Source: Cyanophyceae cyanobacterium
Lineage (GTDB): Bacteria > Cyanobacteriota > Cyanobacteriia > Cyanobacteriales > Laspinemataceae
Assembly (NCBI GenBank): GCA_038321985.1
Contig: JBBQFN010000007.1
Span: 142,323-206,322 of the forward strand
DNA length: 64,000 nucleotides
Reading direction: 5' to 3'
Both the position numbers and the translations under genes were made by a program. This document shows positions 63,333-64,000 of this stretch, piece by piece; positions within the stretch are counted from its first letter, which is position 1, and each line of letters begins with the position of its first letter. The notes under the pieces were generated by a model. That model made no database searches and was not told where the DNA came from. It saw nothing but the letters and a program-made list of their open reading frames with translations.

Positions 63333-64000
63333 GGTAGTCCTAAATATGTAATGATGCTGCTGGACTACTAATAGAAATCTCCTTGGTTTATAAAAAATAA
63401 AAGCCAAAATTATTGCACTTCAATAAGCTAGACTTATAAAAAATATTTGAATTTCAAATATTTCTCTGGAATGGAAAATGTTAAATTAGGGCCATAAATT
63501 TTAGAGAAATTAACCCATAAAAAAATCGATGAATTCTCAACCCATCCAGAAGTCTAATGACTTGGAAGACTCTCAACCCGTCTGTCCTAGATGTGGATCT
63601 CATAACATCCGAAAGAATGGTCATATTCATAATGGTAAGCAAAATCATCAATGTAAGGACTGTGGCCGCCAGTTTGTTGAAAATAACTGTAAAAAATATA
63701 TTTCCCAATCTATTAAAAAATGGATTGACAAGCTCTTACTGGAAAGAATATCTTTGGCTGGCATATGTAGAGTTTTTGAGGTTTCAGAAACTTGGCTACA
63801 GAAATACGTCAATGCCAAATATGACAAGGTTTCCAGGGAACTTGAAGTATCAGCTAAACCCCCAGGAAAACTAATCATTCAATGTGACGAACTTTGGTCT
63901 TATGTTCAAAACAAACAAAACCAACAGTGGGTGTGGCTCGCTTTAGATTTAGAAACCCGAGAAATTGTCGGATTTTATGTAGGAGATAGAAGTCAAAAAT
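63333..64000 (+). mobile_element. IS1-family insertion sequence (left part)
   Basis: Begins GGTAGTCCTAAATATGTAATGATG, an IS1-like terminal repeat; AT-rich, no HIP1; contains the transposase. Confidence 0.88.
63529..64000 (+). CDS. IS1 transposase, InsA and InsB in one frame; truncated by the window edge
   Basis: Manual translation: MNSQ...CPRCGSHNIRKNGHIHNGKQNHQCKDCGRQF...LLLERISLAGICRV...QCDELWSYV...WVWLALD..TREIVGFYVGDRS. Absent from the ORF track because it has no stop in the window. Confidence 0.92.
   Translation, partial: MNSQPIQKSNDLEDSQPVCPRCGSHNIRKNGHIHNGKQNHQCKDCGRQFVENNCKKYISQSIKKWIDKLLLERISLAGICRVFEVSETWLQKYVNAKYDKVSRELEVSAKPPGKLIIQCDELWSYVQNKQNQQWVWLALDLETREIVGFYVGDRSQK

Noticed and set aside
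63557..63874. 105-aa ORF in the track
   Set aside because: Alternative frame within the IS1 transposase; the real frame starts at 63529.
60742..64000. Integrative element or prophage at tRNA-Pro
   Set aside because: No integrase and no duplicated tRNA 3' end within the window; cannot be excluded beyond it.

Overview
Chromosomal segment of a filamentous cyanobacterium, probably Oscillatoriales (inferred from dense HIP1 GCGATCGC octamers, ndhM, cikA, a helical carotenoid protein and GTAG-type REP hairpins). Blocks from left to right: (1) 1-19.3 kb housekeeping genes: mltG, yqeG, proB, GH3/nagZ-rbfA-DUF751, an orphan GATC-type adenine methylase, a Tat-exported phosphoesterase, nanE, cikA and cobN. 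(2) 19.3-36.6 kb co-oriented signalling cluster with no response regulator: a PhnD-like lipoprotein coupled to a HAMP histidine kinase (HK), a PAS-GGDEF-EAL protein, a cytoplasmic NarX/McpN-type nitrate-box HK preceded by a perfect NtcA box, a cytoplasmic UrtA/AmiC-GAF-HK fusion, a CHASE adenylate cyclase and a membrane PP2C phosphatase. (3) ndhM. (4) 37.7-54.5 kb general/desiccation stress cluster: PfpI-ferritin fusion, Dps, a soluble protein with a Psb34-like motif, YihY, an OrrA-like NarL regulator, a 1720-aa PAS/GAF HK, HCP and a receiver-HK. Its intergenic regions share a 16-bp palindrome TCTAYC-N4-GRTAGA. (5) PG-binding gene/furA/sigC locus, gpsA, lipA and tRNA-Pro(CGG). (6) Downstream of the tRNA: a DUF1802-Mrr-like nuclease fusion and an ADP-ribosylglycohydrolase gene interrupted by an IS1-family element that runs off the window. 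All assignments come from recognising motifs by eye; no database searches were run.
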